A stretch of DNA of 64,000 nucleotides from Snowella sp. (GTDB lineage: Bacteria > Cyanobacteriota > Cyanobacteriia > Cyanobacteriales > Microcystaceae). Where the stretch lies: positions 59,496-123,495 of the forward strand of contig JAYKGY010000070.1 of the NCBI GenBank assembly GCA_035285545.1, in the 5' to 3' direction. A model generated the notes under the pieces. It was not told the origin of the DNA. It was given only the letters and a program-made list of their open reading frames with translations, and did not search any database. Shown in pieces: positions 31,593 through 41,682 of this stretch. Both the position numbers and the translations under genes were made by a program. How positions within the stretch are numbered: position 1 is the stretch's first letter; every line of letters begins with the position of its first letter.

Positions 31593-31895
31593 ATGTCAAT
31601 CTTTGTTGGAAATCTTTCCTACGACATTACAGAAAAAGACCTCACAGAAGTATTCAGTGAATATGGAAATGTTAAGCGTGTCTTTTTCCCCACTGACCGA
31701 GACACAGGTAAAAAACGCGGATTCGCTTTCGTTGAAATGGATTCCGATACCCAAGAAGCCAAAGCGATTGAAACCCTTGATGGTGCTGAATGGATGGGCC
31801 GTGACATGAAAGTCAACAAGGCAAAAGAACGTGAACAACGTACTTCCTTCAATGGTGGTGGCAATCGTGGTGGCGGCGGTCGCAACCGTTACTAA
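31593..31895 (+). CDS. rbp: RRM RNA-binding protein with a Gly/Arg tail (Rbp family)
   Basis: RNP2 IFVGNL, RNP1 RGFAFVEM, GGNRGGGGR tail, AGGAG SD. Confidence 0.93.
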   Translation: MSIFVGNLSYDITEKDLTEVFSEYGNVKRVFFPTDRDTGKKRGFAFVEMDSDTQEAKAIETLDGAEWMGRDMKVNKAKEREQRTSFNGGGNRGGGGRNRY

Positions 31896-32004
31896 GCTTA
31901 ACAGGTTTGTTATCTAATTCAGCTTAATTAGGGTTTACAAACTATTGATTAGTTTTTAGTTTTTAAGAGTGCTTACCTCCTTATAAAACTTTGTTCAATT
32001 AGAC

Positions 32005-32044
32005 AACCGTTCTTAATCTTTTATTGGATCAAGAGCGGTTTTTT
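32005..32044 (+). terminator. Intrinsic terminator after rbp
   Basis: AACCGTTCTT...AAGAGCGGTT stem followed by a T run. Confidence 0.65.
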
Positions 32045-32074
32045 CATAGAATAACGTTTCGTCTTTGTGAGTTT

Positions 32075-33181
32075 ATGGTTCGGATTGCCATTATTGGGGC
32101 TGGGGTCGTTGGAGCCGCGATCGCCTATGAATTGAGTTTAATTTCAGGTTTAGACATTATCCTATTAGATGAAAAAGAACCTGCAACAGGATCAACGGGA
32201 GCTGCATTAGGAGTTTTAATGGGTGTGGTGAGTAAACGGGGCTGGACATTGCGCCAAACCAGTTTAGAACGCTATGAAACCTTAATTCCTGAATTAGAAG
32301 GCTGCACAGGAAAGCAAATCCCGTATAATCGCCAAGGCTTGATTCTGTTAATTCCTAGCGAGCCAGAAAAGCAACAATGGGAAAAACATCAAGCTTTACG
32401 TCATAAGCAAGGATATCCGTTAGAAATTTGGAATCAATCCCAATTGTCTCAAACCTGTCCTCAACTGTCCCCCGATGCGGCAATAGGGGCTGTTTATTCT
32501 CCCCGCGATCACCAAGTCAATCCCACCACATTAACCCAATGTTTAATCACTGCGGCTCAGTTAAATGGGGTGAAGTGTCATTTTGGAACGTCCATTAATT
32601 TAACTGATTCACTGACTTCTTTCCAAGATTCCGTCAAGCATTTAGATAGGATTCCCACACACCAAGGTAATTTTGCCATTGATTATCTAATCGTAACCGC
32701 AGGACTGGGGACAACTGCCTTAACCCAATCCCTGAGTCAAACCGTTACTATTCAACCCGTTTTAGGGCAAGCTATACAGGTTAAACTTCCTCAACCAATG
32801 GGTAACGCTGACTTTCAACCTGTAATCAGTGGGGATGATGTTCATATTGTGCCCTTGGGGTTTGGAGAATATTGGGTCGGGGCAACGGTTGAATTTCCTT
32901 CAGATAATCATGAGTTAATCGGCGATCGCGAATTATTGGAAATGGTCTATCAAAAAGCTATCAGTTTTTGTCCTGATCTCGCTCAGGGAGAAATTGTAAA
33001 AACCTGGTCAGGCAAACGACCGCGACCAATGAATGAACCTGCTCCGATTATTCGAGAATTAACGGGGTATAACAATGTTTGGTTAGCAACGGGACACTAT
33101 CGCAATGGCGTGTTATTAGCTCCCGCAACGGCTTTAGCGATTAAGGACAAAATACTTGCACTCATTAATAGACTAAATTAA
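32075..33181 (+). CDS. FAD-dependent oxidoreductase (DAO/glycine oxidase-like)
   Basis: IIGAGVVG, W.G.RPRP, ATGHYRNGVLLAPATA; start moved to ATG 32075, past the terminator. Confidence 0.85.
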   Translation: MVRIAIIGAGVVGAAIAYELSLISGLDIILLDEKEPATGSTGAALGVLMGVVSKRGWTLRQTSLERYETLIPELEGCTGKQIPYNRQGLILLIPSEPEKQQWEKHQALRHKQGYPLEIWNQSQLSQTCPQLSPDAAIGAVYSPRDHQVNPTTLTQCLITAAQLNGVKCHFGTSINLTDSLTSFQDSVKHLDRIPTHQGNFAIDYLIVTAGLGTTALTQSLSQTVTIQPVLGQAIQVKLPQPMGNADFQPVISGDDVHIVPLGFGEYWVGATVEFPSDNHELIGDRELLEMVYQKAISFCPDLAQGEIVKTWSGKRPRPMNEPAPIIRELTGYNNVWLATGHYRNGVLLAPATALAIKDKILALINRLN

Positions 33182-33399
33182 ATCTAATTGCACCGTTACA
33201 TAGATTCATTTTTTAAGTATATTTACCCTGCTCGTCAGGAAACCCGTATATTCCTCCCGTGTGATAGCATAGAAAACCGTCTTTGCTTGGCCCAGCTTAA
33301 CTTTTCTTATAAAATTAACAAATAGTTATCTAGATACCAGTGCTTTGTAAAGCGTCTAGACTCCTTCTTTATCCATCCATTACCAGCCTCCCAGATTCC

Positions 33400-36300
33400 A
33401 TGACCATGACAACGGCTCAAAACGCGATCGCTTCACCTCAACCCTTTCTCGGTCAACCCTGGCTCGTCGAAGAACGCGATGCCTGCGGGGTTGGTTTTAT
33501 TGCTGATGTCAACGGTCAGAAAAGCCATAAACTCGTTCAACAAGCGTTAAAAGCCTTGGGCTGTCTGGAACATCGGGGCGGTTGTAGTGCAGATAGCGAT
33601 TCTGGAGATGGTGCAGGGGTGATGACGGCGATTCCCAGAGAAATCTTAGCCGCTTGGTTTACGCAGCGCAATTTACCCATGCCTGCTGAAGAACAATTAG
33701 GGGTGGGAATGGTCTTTTTACCCCAGGAACCTGTTGCTAGGGAAGTGGCCAGAGGTTACGTCGAAGAAGTGGTTCGCGCTGAGCATTTAAGTGTGATCGG
33801 ATGGCGTGAAGTTCCTGTTAAACCTGAAGTTTTAGGGATTCAAGCCCGTGCTAACCAACCCCACATTGAACAGATTTTAGTTACCTGTCCCCAAGGCTTA
33901 TCGGGAGATGAACTGGATCGGCGACTTTATATTGCCCGCTCTGCCGTGGGTAAAAAACTAGCGGATGACTTTTATATTTGTTCTTTTTCTTGTCGCACCA
34001 TTGTTTATAAAGGCATGGTTCGTAGCGTCATTTTAGGGGAATTTTACTTAGATTTACAAAATCCTGCCTATCAAAGCACCTTTGCGGTTTATCACCGTCG
34101 TTTTAGTACCAACACCATGCCCAAGTGGCCCTTGGCTCAACCGATGCGCTTATTGGGGCATAACGGAGAAATTAACACCCTATTGGGAAATATTAACTGG
34201 ATGGCGGCACGGGAGCGCAATTTAACCGCCCAAGGTTGGACAAGCGCAGAATTGCAGAGCCTAACGCCTATCGTCAATCCTGCTAACAGTGATTCCTATA
34301 ACTTAGACAGTGTGATGGAATTGTTGGTCAGAACGGGTCGCAGTCCCTTAGAAGCAGCTATGATTCTGGTACCTGAAGCCTATCAAAATCAACCCGATCT
34401 CAAAGAACATCCTGAAATTACCGATTTCTATGAATTTTATAGTGGCTTGCAAGAGCCTTGGGATGGCCCTGCGTTATTAGTCTTTAGCGATGGCAAAATT
34501 GTCGGTGCAGGTTTAGACCGCAACGGCTTACGTCCTGCCCGTTACAGCATTACCCAGGATGGATATATTGTTGTTTCCTCGGAAGCGGGGGTGGTCGATT
34601 TACCCGAAACGGAAATTGTAGAAAAAGGCCGTTTAGCCCCTGGTCAGATGATTGCCGTTGATCTACAAAATCACGAAATTCTCAAAAATTGGGATATTAA
34701 ACAACGCATTGCCCAAAAATATCCCTATGGGGAATGGATTCAGTTAAATCGTCAGGATATTAAATCGGAAACATTTTCAGAAAAAGCGTTATTTAACGAT
34801 CCTGCCCAAGTTTTACAACAACAGACCGCCTTTGGTTACACAGCCGAGGATTTAGAACTGATCATTATTTCCATGGCCAGCCAAGGGAAAGAACCGACAT
34901 TTTGCATGGGGGATGATGTTCCTTTAGCCATTCTGTCGAATAAATCCCGTTTACTGTACGACTACTTTAAACAACGGTTTGCTCAGGTCACGAATCCCCC
35001 TATTGATCCTTTGCGGGAAAGTCTGGTGATGTCTCTAGGAATGTCCCTGGGAGAACGGGGTAATTTACTTGAACCGAAGGCAGAATCAGCCAAGTTATTA
35101 AAATTAACTAGCCCTGTTCTCAATGAATTAGAATTAGCGGATATTAAAAATTCTGGGTTACAAGCAACGGAACTTTCGACCTTATTTGCCATTGCCAGTG
35201 GCCCCCAAGGGTTAGAGCAAGCCATTCATAACCTCGTCCAAAACGCGATCGCGGCTGTTAAAGCAGGAGCCAAAATTCTGATTCTCAGCGATCGCCCCAA
35301 TCAGCAAACCCTAACGGAAGAAACCAGTTATATTCCGCCCTTACTGGCAGTGGGAGCAGTTCATCACCACCTCATTCGAGAAGGCTTACGTTTACAGGCA
35401 TCTTTAGTGGTTGATACAGCCCAGTGTTGGAGTACCCATCATTTTGCTTGCTTAATCGGTTATGGAGCATCAGCCGTTTGTCCATACTTGGCTTTGGAAT
35501 CGGTGCGGCAGTGGTGGCACGATCCTAAAACCCAAAAGTTAATGGAAAATGGCAAGATTGAGCAAATTACCTTAGCTAAAGCGTTGAGTAACTATCGCAA
35601 ATCCGTAGAAGCGGGCTTACTGAAAATCTTGTCCAAAATGGGGATTTCTTTGCTGTCTTCCTATCATGGGGCGCAGATCTTTGAAGCGATCGGCTTAGGT
35701 GCAGAATTAGTGGAATTGGCCTTTACGGGAACCACCAGCCGAGTGGGGGGATTGAACCTAGAAGAAGTTGCCCAGGAAATCTTAACGTTCCATGCCAAAG
35801 CCTTCCCCAGCTTAAGCGCGAAAAAACTGGAAAATTACGGTTTTGTGAATTACCGTCCAGGCGGGGAATATCACATGAATTCTCCCGAAATGTCTAAGGC
35901 ATTGCACAAAGCGGTTGATGCTTACAAAATTGGGGCTAATGGTTCTAATCAAGAAGCCTATAACCATTACGATGTTTACCAAAAATACCTCAAAGAGCGT
36001 CCTGTTACGGCTTTGCGAGATTTATTAGATTTAAATCCTGACCGTGCTGCTATCCCCGTTGAAGAAGTGGAATCCGTTGAAAGTATTGTTAAACGGTTTT
36101 GTACAGGGGGGATGTCCCTTGGTGCGTTGTCCCGTGAAGCCCATGAAACCTTAGCGATCGCGATGAATCGGATTGGTGCAAAATCCAACTCTGGGGAAGG
36201 GGGAGAAGATCCCGTTCGTTATTTAACCCTGAACGATGTGGATGAAGTTGGAAACTCGCCTACGTTGCCCCATTTAAAAGGATTACGCAACGGCGATACG

Positions 36301-38052
36301 GCTTGTTCTGCCATTAAACAGGTTGCTTCGGGTCGTTTCGGTGTAACACCTGAATATTTGATGAGTGGAAAGCAGATTGAAATTAAAATGGCTCAAGGTG
36401 CAAAACCAGGGGAAGGCGGTCAATTACCTGGCCCGAAAGTTAGCCCCTATATTGCCATGTTGCGTCGTTCTAAACCAGGCGTAACCCTCATTTCTCCCCC
36501 GCCTCACCACGATATCTACTCCATTGAGGATTTAGCCCAATTAATTTTTGATTTACACCAGATTAACCCAGTTGCACAGGTTTCCGTTAAATTAGTGGCT
36601 GAAATCGGCATTGGAACCATTGCGGCGGGTGTGGCCAAAGCCAACGCAGATATTATTCAAATTTCGGGTCATGATGGCGGCACAGGGGCTTCTCCCTTGA
36701 GTTCCATTAAACATGCGGGTTCTCCCTGGGAATTAGGCATCACCGAAGTGCATCGCGTTCTAATTGAAAATCAACTGCGTGATCGCGTCTTGTTGCGGGC
36801 TGATGGCGGTCTCAAAACAGGTTGGGATGTTCTAATGGCGGCACTGATGGGAGCGGAAGAATTCGGCTTCGGTTCCATTGCCATGATCGCAGAAGGTTGC
36901 ATTATGGCTCGGATTTGCCATACCAATAACTGTCCCGTCGGGGTTGCCACTCAGCAAGAACGCCTACGGCAACGGTTTAGCGGTGTGCCTGAGCATGTGG
37001 TGAATTTCTTCTACTTCATTGCCCAAGAGTTGCGATCGCTGTTGTCCCATTTGGGATATCGCAGTTTAAACGAAGTCATTGGACGGACGGATTTACTCAA
37101 AGTGCGCTCCGATGCCAAACTCACCAAAACTCACGCCCTTAATTTGGATTGTTTGCTGAATCTTCCCAACGTCAAAGAACATCGGGAATGGTTAACCCAT
37201 GAGCCTGTTCATAGCAATGGCCCCGTCATTGATGATGAAATTTTGGCTGATCCTGCCATTATCGCAGCTATTCAAAATCAAACATCCGTTACCAAGTCCG
37301 TTAAGTTAGTTAATACTGACCGCACCGTGGGAACTCGCATTTCAGGCGCGATCGCGAAACAATACGGTAACAATGGCTTTGAAGGAGAAATTAATCTCCA
37401 CTTCCAAGGTGCCGCTGGTCAAAGTTTCGGCGCATTTAATATCGGGGGAATGACTCTGCGCTTAGAAGGTGAAGCCAATGACTACGTGGGCAAGGGCTTA
37501 CACGGTGGTGAAATCATCATTGTTCCGCCTCAAGATGCGGGTTATGCACCTGAAGATAACGTCATTATCGGTAATACCTGTCTCTATGGTGCAACGGGCG
37601 GTTTCCTCTATGCCAACGGTCGAGCAGGAGAACGGTTTGCAGTTCGTAATTCCCTTGGTCAAGCGGTTATTGAAGGGGCAGGCGACCACTGTTGTGAATA
37701 CATGACAGGCGGTGTGGTTGTCGTTCTCGGTAAGGTTGGCCGTAATGTGGGGGCAGGAATGACGGGTGGTTTGGCCTATTTCCTCGATGAAGACGGTTCT
37801 TTCCCAGAAAAAATCAATCCCGAAATTATCAAACTGCAACGGGTGATTTCCCCTGCGGGTGAGGAACAGTTAAAGTCGTTGATTGCTGCCCATGTGGAAA
37901 AAACAGGAAGCCCGAAAGGTCAACGCATTTTAGCAAATTGGTCTGAGTATTTAGGCAAATTCTGGCAAGCCGTTCCCCCATCGGAAGCTAACTCCCCAGA
38001 AGCCAATCCTAATGCGAGTTTATCAGAAGAGAAGGCTTTAACTTCGGTTTAA
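33400..38052 (+). CDS. glsF: Ferredoxin-dependent glutamate synthase
   Basis: ERDACGVGF amidotransferase start, [19 protein letters not shown] (Fd type), 3Fe-4[16 protein letters not shown]; start approximated at ATG 33400. Confidence 0.93.
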   Translation: MTMTTAQNAIASPQPFLGQPWLVEERDACGVGFIADVNGQKSHKLVQQALKALGCLEHRGGCSADSDSGDGAGVMTAIPREILAAWFTQRNLPMPAEEQLGVGMVFLPQEPVAREVARGYVEEVVRAEHLSVIGWREVPVKPEVLGIQARANQPHIEQILVTCPQGLSGDELDRRLYIARSAVGKKLADDFYICSFSCRTIVYKGMVRSVILGEFYLDLQNPAYQSTFAVYHRRFSTNTMPKWPLAQPMRLLGHNGEINTLLGNINWMAARERNLTAQGWTSAELQSLTPIVNPANSDSYNLDSVMELLVRTGRSPLEAAMILVPEAYQNQPDLKEHPEITDFYEFYSGLQEPWDGPALLVFSDGKIVGAGLDRNGLRPARYSITQDGYIVVSSEAGVVDLPETEIVEKGRLAPGQMIAVDLQNHEILKNWDIKQRIAQKYPYGEWIQLNRQDIKSETFSEKALFNDPAQVLQQQTAFGYTAEDLELIIISMASQGKEPTFCMGDDVPLAILSNKSRLLYDYFKQRFAQVTNPPIDPLRESLVMSLGMSLGERGNLLEPKAESAKLLKLTSPVLNELELADIKNSGLQATELSTLFAIASGPQGLEQAIHNLVQNAIAAVKAGAKILILSDRPNQQTLTEETSYIPPLLAVGAVHHHLIREGLRLQASLVVDTAQCWSTHHFACLIGYGASAVCPYLALESVRQWWHDPKTQKLMENGKIEQITLAKALSNYRKSVEAGLLKILSKMGISLLSSYHGAQIFEAIGLGAELVELAFTGTTSRVGGLNLEEVAQEILTFHAKAFPSLSAKKLENYGFVNYRPGGEYHMNSPEMSKALHKAVDAYKIGANGSNQEAYNHYDVYQKYLKERPVTALRDLLDLNPDRAAIPVEEVESVESIVKRFCTGGMSLGALSREAHETLAIAMNRIGAKSNSGEGGEDPVRYLTLNDVDEVGNSPTLPHLKGLRNGDTACSAIKQVASGRFGVTPEYLMSGKQIEIKMAQGAKPGEGGQLPGPKVSPYIAMLRRSKPGVTLISPPPHHDIYSIEDLAQLIFDLHQINPVAQVSVKLVAEIGIGTIAAGVAKANADIIQISGHDGGTGASPLSSIKHAGSPWELGITEVHRVLIENQLRDRVLLRADGGLKTGWDVLMAALMGAEEFGFGSIAMIAEGCIMARICHTNNCPVGVATQQERLRQRFSGVPEHVVNFFYFIAQELRSLLSHLGYRSLNEVIGRTDLLKVRSDAKLTKTHALNLDCLLNLPNVKEHREWLTHEPVHSNGPVIDDEILADPAIIAAIQNQTSVTKSVKLVNTDRTVGTRISGAIAKQYGNNGFEGEINLHFQGAAGQSFGAFNIGGMTLRLEGEANDYVGKGLHGGEIIIVPPQDAGYAPEDNVIIGNTCLYGATGGFLYANGRAGERFAVRNSLGQAVIEGAGDHCCEYMTGGVVVVLGKVGRNVGAGMTGGLAYFLDEDGSFPEKINPEIIKLQRVISPAGEEQLKSLIAAHVEKTGSPKGQRILANWSEYLGKFWQAVPPSEANSPEANPNASLSEEKALTSV

Positions 38053-38154
38053 CGGATTCTAATAGGGGGGAAGATTATTCCCTCCTTAAATGTTTATATC
38101 AAAACGATAGAAATGTGTATGGTCATTTGTACATACATTAGTTAGACTGGTTGG

Positions 38155-38466
38155 ATGGCAATAGACGTTGATGGCTTTGACTGGGATCAAGGCAACGAAA
38201 ATAAATGTCAAAAACACGGATTAAGCAAGATAGAAATTGAAACCTTGTTCAAGAGTCAGGTTTGGGTTGCTCCTGACCTAAAGCATTCTGATCACGAGCA
38301 ACGTTATCTTGCAATTGGTCGTTCTGTTACTGGAAAGCCGATATTTGTTGCTTTTACTTTACGAACCAACGGAGAAAAATCGCTAATTCGCCCTATTAGT
38401 GCGCGCTATATGCATCAAAAGGAGATTGAAAAGTATGAACAAGCCTTTACCTCAAATAACAACTGA
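38155..38466 (+). CDS. BrnT family toxin
   Basis: GFDWD.GN..K..KHG, E.RYLAIG, FTLR, IRPISAR. Confidence 0.9.
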   Translation: MAIDVDGFDWDQGNENKCQKHGLSKIEIETLFKSQVWVAPDLKHSDHEQRYLAIGRSVTGKPIFVAFTLRTNGEKSLIRPISARYMHQKEIEKYEQAFTSNNN

Positions 38467-38686
38467 TCAGGAAGCTGAACAACTCCTAGACCAAGATCTG
38501 TCTGAGTATTTAAACCAAGATAATTTTTATCCCACAACTTTTGAATTTGCACCGAAGAATAAGAGTATTACAATCCGAATGTCGTCCGAACTTGTTGAAG
38601 CCATTAAAAAAGCCTCCCAGATTCGAGGTATTAGCTATCAGCGTTATATCCGAGAGGCTATTGAACGAGCGTTAATCAATTCTTAA
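38435..38686 (+). CDS. BrnA/CopG-like RHH antitoxin
   Basis: Overlaps the brnT 3' end; KSITIRMS...IKK.....GISYQRYIR; start at ATG 38435. Confidence 0.85.
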   Translation: MNKPLPQITTDQEAEQLLDQDLSEYLNQDNFYPTTFEFAPKNKSITIRMSSELVEAIKKASQIRGISYQRYIREAIERALINS

Positions 38687-38692
38687 CTTGCG

Positions 38693-38720
38693 GCGATCGC
38701 AGACCTCTAGAAATCTTCAA
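38693..38720 (+). repeat. 28-bp direct repeat, left copy (GCGATCGCAGACCTCTAGAAATCTTCAA)
   Basis: 27/28 identical to 40559-40586; begins with HIP1. Confidence 0.9.
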
Positions 38721-38732
38721 TGAGAATAGTTA

Positions 38733-38942
38733 ATGGTGAAATATACAATTGTTATTCAATGGTCAGAGGAGGACAATTGCTTTGTTGTCTTTTTACCAGA
38801 GTTTGAGACAGTGATGCAGCCTGTTACTCATGGCCAAACCTACGAGGCGGCATTTCAGAACGCTCAAGAAGTTTTGGCTTTATTAACCGAATCTGATGAC
38901 GAACCTCTACCCAATCCTAAGCCTCTTTTGTCTGTAGCGTAA
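38733..38942 (+). CDS. Short HicB family antitoxin
   Basis: YTIVIQWSEED.CFVV.LPEF, THG.TYE.A..NAQEVL, PLP.P. Confidence 0.88.
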   Translation: MVKYTIVIQWSEEDNCFVVFLPEFETVMQPVTHGQTYEAAFQNAQEVLALLTESDDEPLPNPKPLLSVA

Positions 38943-39037
38943 ATATTAGACCGCGATCGCAATTCTATGTTTGTATGAATTTACTTGATCTTGGTTTAAA
39001 TTAAAATAATATACAGAGTTATTAGGAGGATCTTGTT

Positions 39038-39214
39038 ATCCCCACATCAGAGCAGAAAACCCAGTGTTATCTTTTATGCTGCTGGTTTACTAAACTTTAC
39101 CTACCTATTAATATTGTTCGCCTTGATGAACGGACAGGCAATATTTTTCTCCTTGCGGGAGATGAGAATATTGTTGAAATCTATCCTAATGGAAAATGGA
39201 GATATATTGGATGA
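39038..39214 (+). CDS. DUF6888-like small protein with an ATC start codon (or start-loss pseudogene)
   Basis: Manual translation IPTSEQKTQCYLLCCWFTKLYLPINIVRLDERTGNIFLLAGDENIVEIYPNGKWRYIG*; AGGAGG 8 nt upstream; stop overlaps the next ATG (ATGA). Confidence 0.7.
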   Translation: MPTSEQKTQCYLLCCWFTKLYLPINIVRLDERTGNIFLLAGDENIVEIYPNGKWRYIG

Positions 39215-39423
39215 ATCAACCTGATTTTCAGTCAATGACCCAAAAAGAATTACAGCGTTATGTTCTTTCGCATCGAGAAGATCAAGCTGCTTTTTATGCT
39301 TATATTGATAAGCTAAATACAGAGGCGGATTGGATTGAAATGCCGCCTTTAAATTCTGTAGAGGATATAGACAATTATCCTGAGTTTGTAAATCGTTTTC
39401 AGAATAATTCTCAGCGAAATTGA
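39211..39423 (+). CDS. DUF6887-like small protein
   Basis: PDFQSMTQKELQRYVLSHREDQAAFYAYIDK pattern; ATGA coupling to the upstream gene. Confidence 0.75.
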   Translation: MNQPDFQSMTQKELQRYVLSHREDQAAFYAYIDKLNTEADWIEMPPLNSVEDIDNYPEFVNRFQNNSQRN

Positions 39424-39663
39424 CTAAATTAAGCAATGCCTAAAGTTATTAAAATTCCATTAGATGAAGATTTTATGGGATTATAGAAAATAATGATTTT
39501 TGATGAAAAAACGGCATTTTTTTCTTTATCGTAATAAAATAAAGTTATACATCCCTTTACGCTGGGAATATCTTATATAAATACATTTAATAACTTTGAC
39601 AAATACCAGCTTTCAACATGCTTATCTATATTTTTTATCTTGTTGTCAAAATAGGAAATTGCG

Positions 39664-40476
39664 ATGCCTCTAGAAGATGTGGATTTATTTTCTCTTCCTT
39701 ATCTTGAATTAAGTCAATTAGGTAAATTGCCATCGTCATCAGGTATTTATTTTGCCATTGATTCTAATAATAGAATTTTATATGTCGGACAAGCAAAAAA
39801 CATATTAGAGAGATGGAAAAATCATCATCGCAAAGATCAATTATTGAAAATAGATAAAGAATACTTTATAAAAATTGCTTGGTTTCTTTGTCAAGAAAAG
39901 CAACTTAAGACTGCTGAAGATTATTTTATACGAACTTATACCCCTTTATTTAATTTTACAAAAATAGAATATCCTAATGTAATTCCATCGGAAGTTTTAG
40001 TGAGAGAATTACTGGAAAAAATTCGTTTATTAATAGTAGTTGTTGGCATTTCACCTAATACAACTGGGCTTAAAAGAGTTTATTTAAATTACGATTATGA
40101 AAATAATGGAATAAGGGGATGTGCAAAAACAATCAAGACTTTTTTAAAAGAAAATAAAGAAAGAACAAGGAATTTAAAGATTGTCAGAACGTCATTTGGT
40201 AAATATATGACTCAAAATACCCGTCCAGGTAGTAGAGAGCATAAAGTAATATCTCGCTTGAAAAGTTCTTATAATAATCATTGGGAAATTTTTTGTAATG
40301 GTACATTAATTGATATCACTCCAATTAGTGCGGATGAATTTTTAGAGTTTAAAGAACCATATTCTTTTACATGGAAAAAGCTGGCGGGAATAAAGGTCAG
40401 AGCTATTACCCAAAGATGGGACGGAAATTTGCCGATGATTGACGATCCAATTCCTTTATTTTGGAGTAATCCTTGA
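39664..40476 (+). CDS. GIY-YIG nuclease family protein with an unknown C-terminal domain
   Basis: LPSSSGIYF...ILYVGQAKNI.ERW..HHR, conserved Glu, P.FN; AT-rich. Confidence 0.85.
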   Translation: MPLEDVDLFSLPYLELSQLGKLPSSSGIYFAIDSNNRILYVGQAKNILERWKNHHRKDQLLKIDKEYFIKIAWFLCQEKQLKTAEDYFIRTYTPLFNFTKIEYPNVIPSEVLVRELLEKIRLLIVVVGISPNTTGLKRVYLNYDYENNGIRGCAKTIKTFLKENKERTRNLKIVRTSFGKYMTQNTRPGSREHKVISRLKSSYNNHWEIFCNGTLIDITPISADEFLEFKEPYSFTWKKLAGIKVRAITQRWDGNLPMIDDPIPLFWSNP

Positions 40477-40558
40477 TCTTCCCAAAAATCATTGGAGTCT
40501 CCTTTGAAGTTTATAAACTTTAGGTAACAGTTTCCAAAAAGTCATTCGCGAAAAATCA

Positions 40559-40586
40559 GCGATCGCCGACCTCTAGAAATCTTCAA
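40559..40586 (+). repeat. 28-bp direct repeat, right copy (GCGATCGCCGACCTCTAGAAATCTTCAA)
   Basis: 27/28 identical to 38693-38720. Confidence 0.9.
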
Positions 40587-40971
40587 CTATTAACGTGCCC
40601 TTGTAACCACTGGTGAAAAGATTCTTCACTTGCCGTTGATTTTTTTCCCTCTAAGAAACCCTTAATGCCGATATATTCATCCAAATCTTATTCAGTTAAC
40701 CTGAAAAACTTGACACTCTATTTCCGTTCCATAGGCTAAACATAGGATTCAGAGAATTAAATAGCAATTATGCTTTAACCAATCCATTACCTGAAATTTG
40801 GTTGCAGATTCAGCCTTCTTGCGATCTTCATCCATAGCCTTTATTGGCGTTGCATCTTTGCGATATCGTCGATTTTTGCTGCTTCTGTTTACTAAAATAC
40901 CCCCTTACCCTTGAGAAAAAAGGAGGGGGAGCAGGGACAAACCATTTTATATTTTAATGATGTATCTCTAC

Positions 40972-41427
40972 TTAACTATTGTTTTCGGCTTCAATGATTA
41001 ACTGTTGGGTTTCCCGTTGTTTGGCTTTCCCCATTTCTTGTGCTCTTGTATTACCAGAGATAGTGCCGGCTGCGTCTTGAAATTTACCCTCAATATTTTT
41101 GGTATAGGCCTTAATTTTGGGATTGACACTATCCTTCATGTCTTCGGCAACATTCCGCGCTTGGCTTTCGGTTTGCTTCATTTTACCGACAATTTGATCT
41201 TTGGGATCGCCGGTAACCTTGCTAAAGCCTTCCTGAGCTTTTCCTTCTAGGTTTTTACCAACTGCTTTACCTCTACCCCATCCCCAGGCAATTTGTGTCG
41301 GGAGTTGACCCTCTGAAGGCGCAGCCCAACTCTGTGCAGGGGGGATGCCCAACGCGATCGCTGTTGCCAGAAAGATGACGAGGCTGGTAGTTACTAAAAA
41401 ATATCTAATTTGGTTTAATAAACGCAT
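40972..41427 (-). CDS. CsbD-like stress protein with an N-terminal signal/TM segment
   Basis: Two repeats of KN.EGK.Q...G..(T/S)G......GK.KQ. Confidence 0.75.
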   Translation of the reverse strand: MRLLNQIRYFLVTTSLVIFLATAIALGIPPAQSWAAPSEGQLPTQIAWGWGRGKAVGKNLEGKAQEGFSKVTGDPKDQIVGKMKQTESQARNVAEDMKDSVNPKIKAYTKNIEGKFQDAAGTISGNTRAQEMGKAKQRETQQLIIEAENNS

Positions 41428-41682
41428 TTGATTCTCCCAAAAATGAAGGAATTAAAAAGAGATGAACTCGCTTTCCTCTCACTCTGACAGGCTACTGAAT
41501 GATTTTGGGAATAAATTGAATGAATTGATTAAACCCGTTACAAAATTTAGGAAAAAATCGATCAATACTCATTTTTAGCGTAGAAATTTCTCAAAAAAAA
41601 TCCCCCGATCGCTTAAGGTCTAGATCAAGGGACACTCTCCAAAACGAATGTGCTACAAGCTATTCACGTTAATAATTAATGA

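Noticed and set aside
39033..39224. ORF-track protein MLSPHQSRK... and antisense ORF 39101-39436
   Set aside because: The alternative frame 39038-39214 has the SD, the family-like motifs and the ATGA coupling, so these are shadows
39436..39533. Short ATG-initiated fragment MPKVIKIPLDEDFMGL* in the islet
   Set aside because: Too short and no recognisable family; it may be a remnant but I cannot support that
40749..40890. Minus-strand stop-free stretch (...RYRKDATPIKAMDEDRKKAESATKFQVMDWLKH...)
   Set aside because: No convincing start or recognisable homology; at most a gene relic
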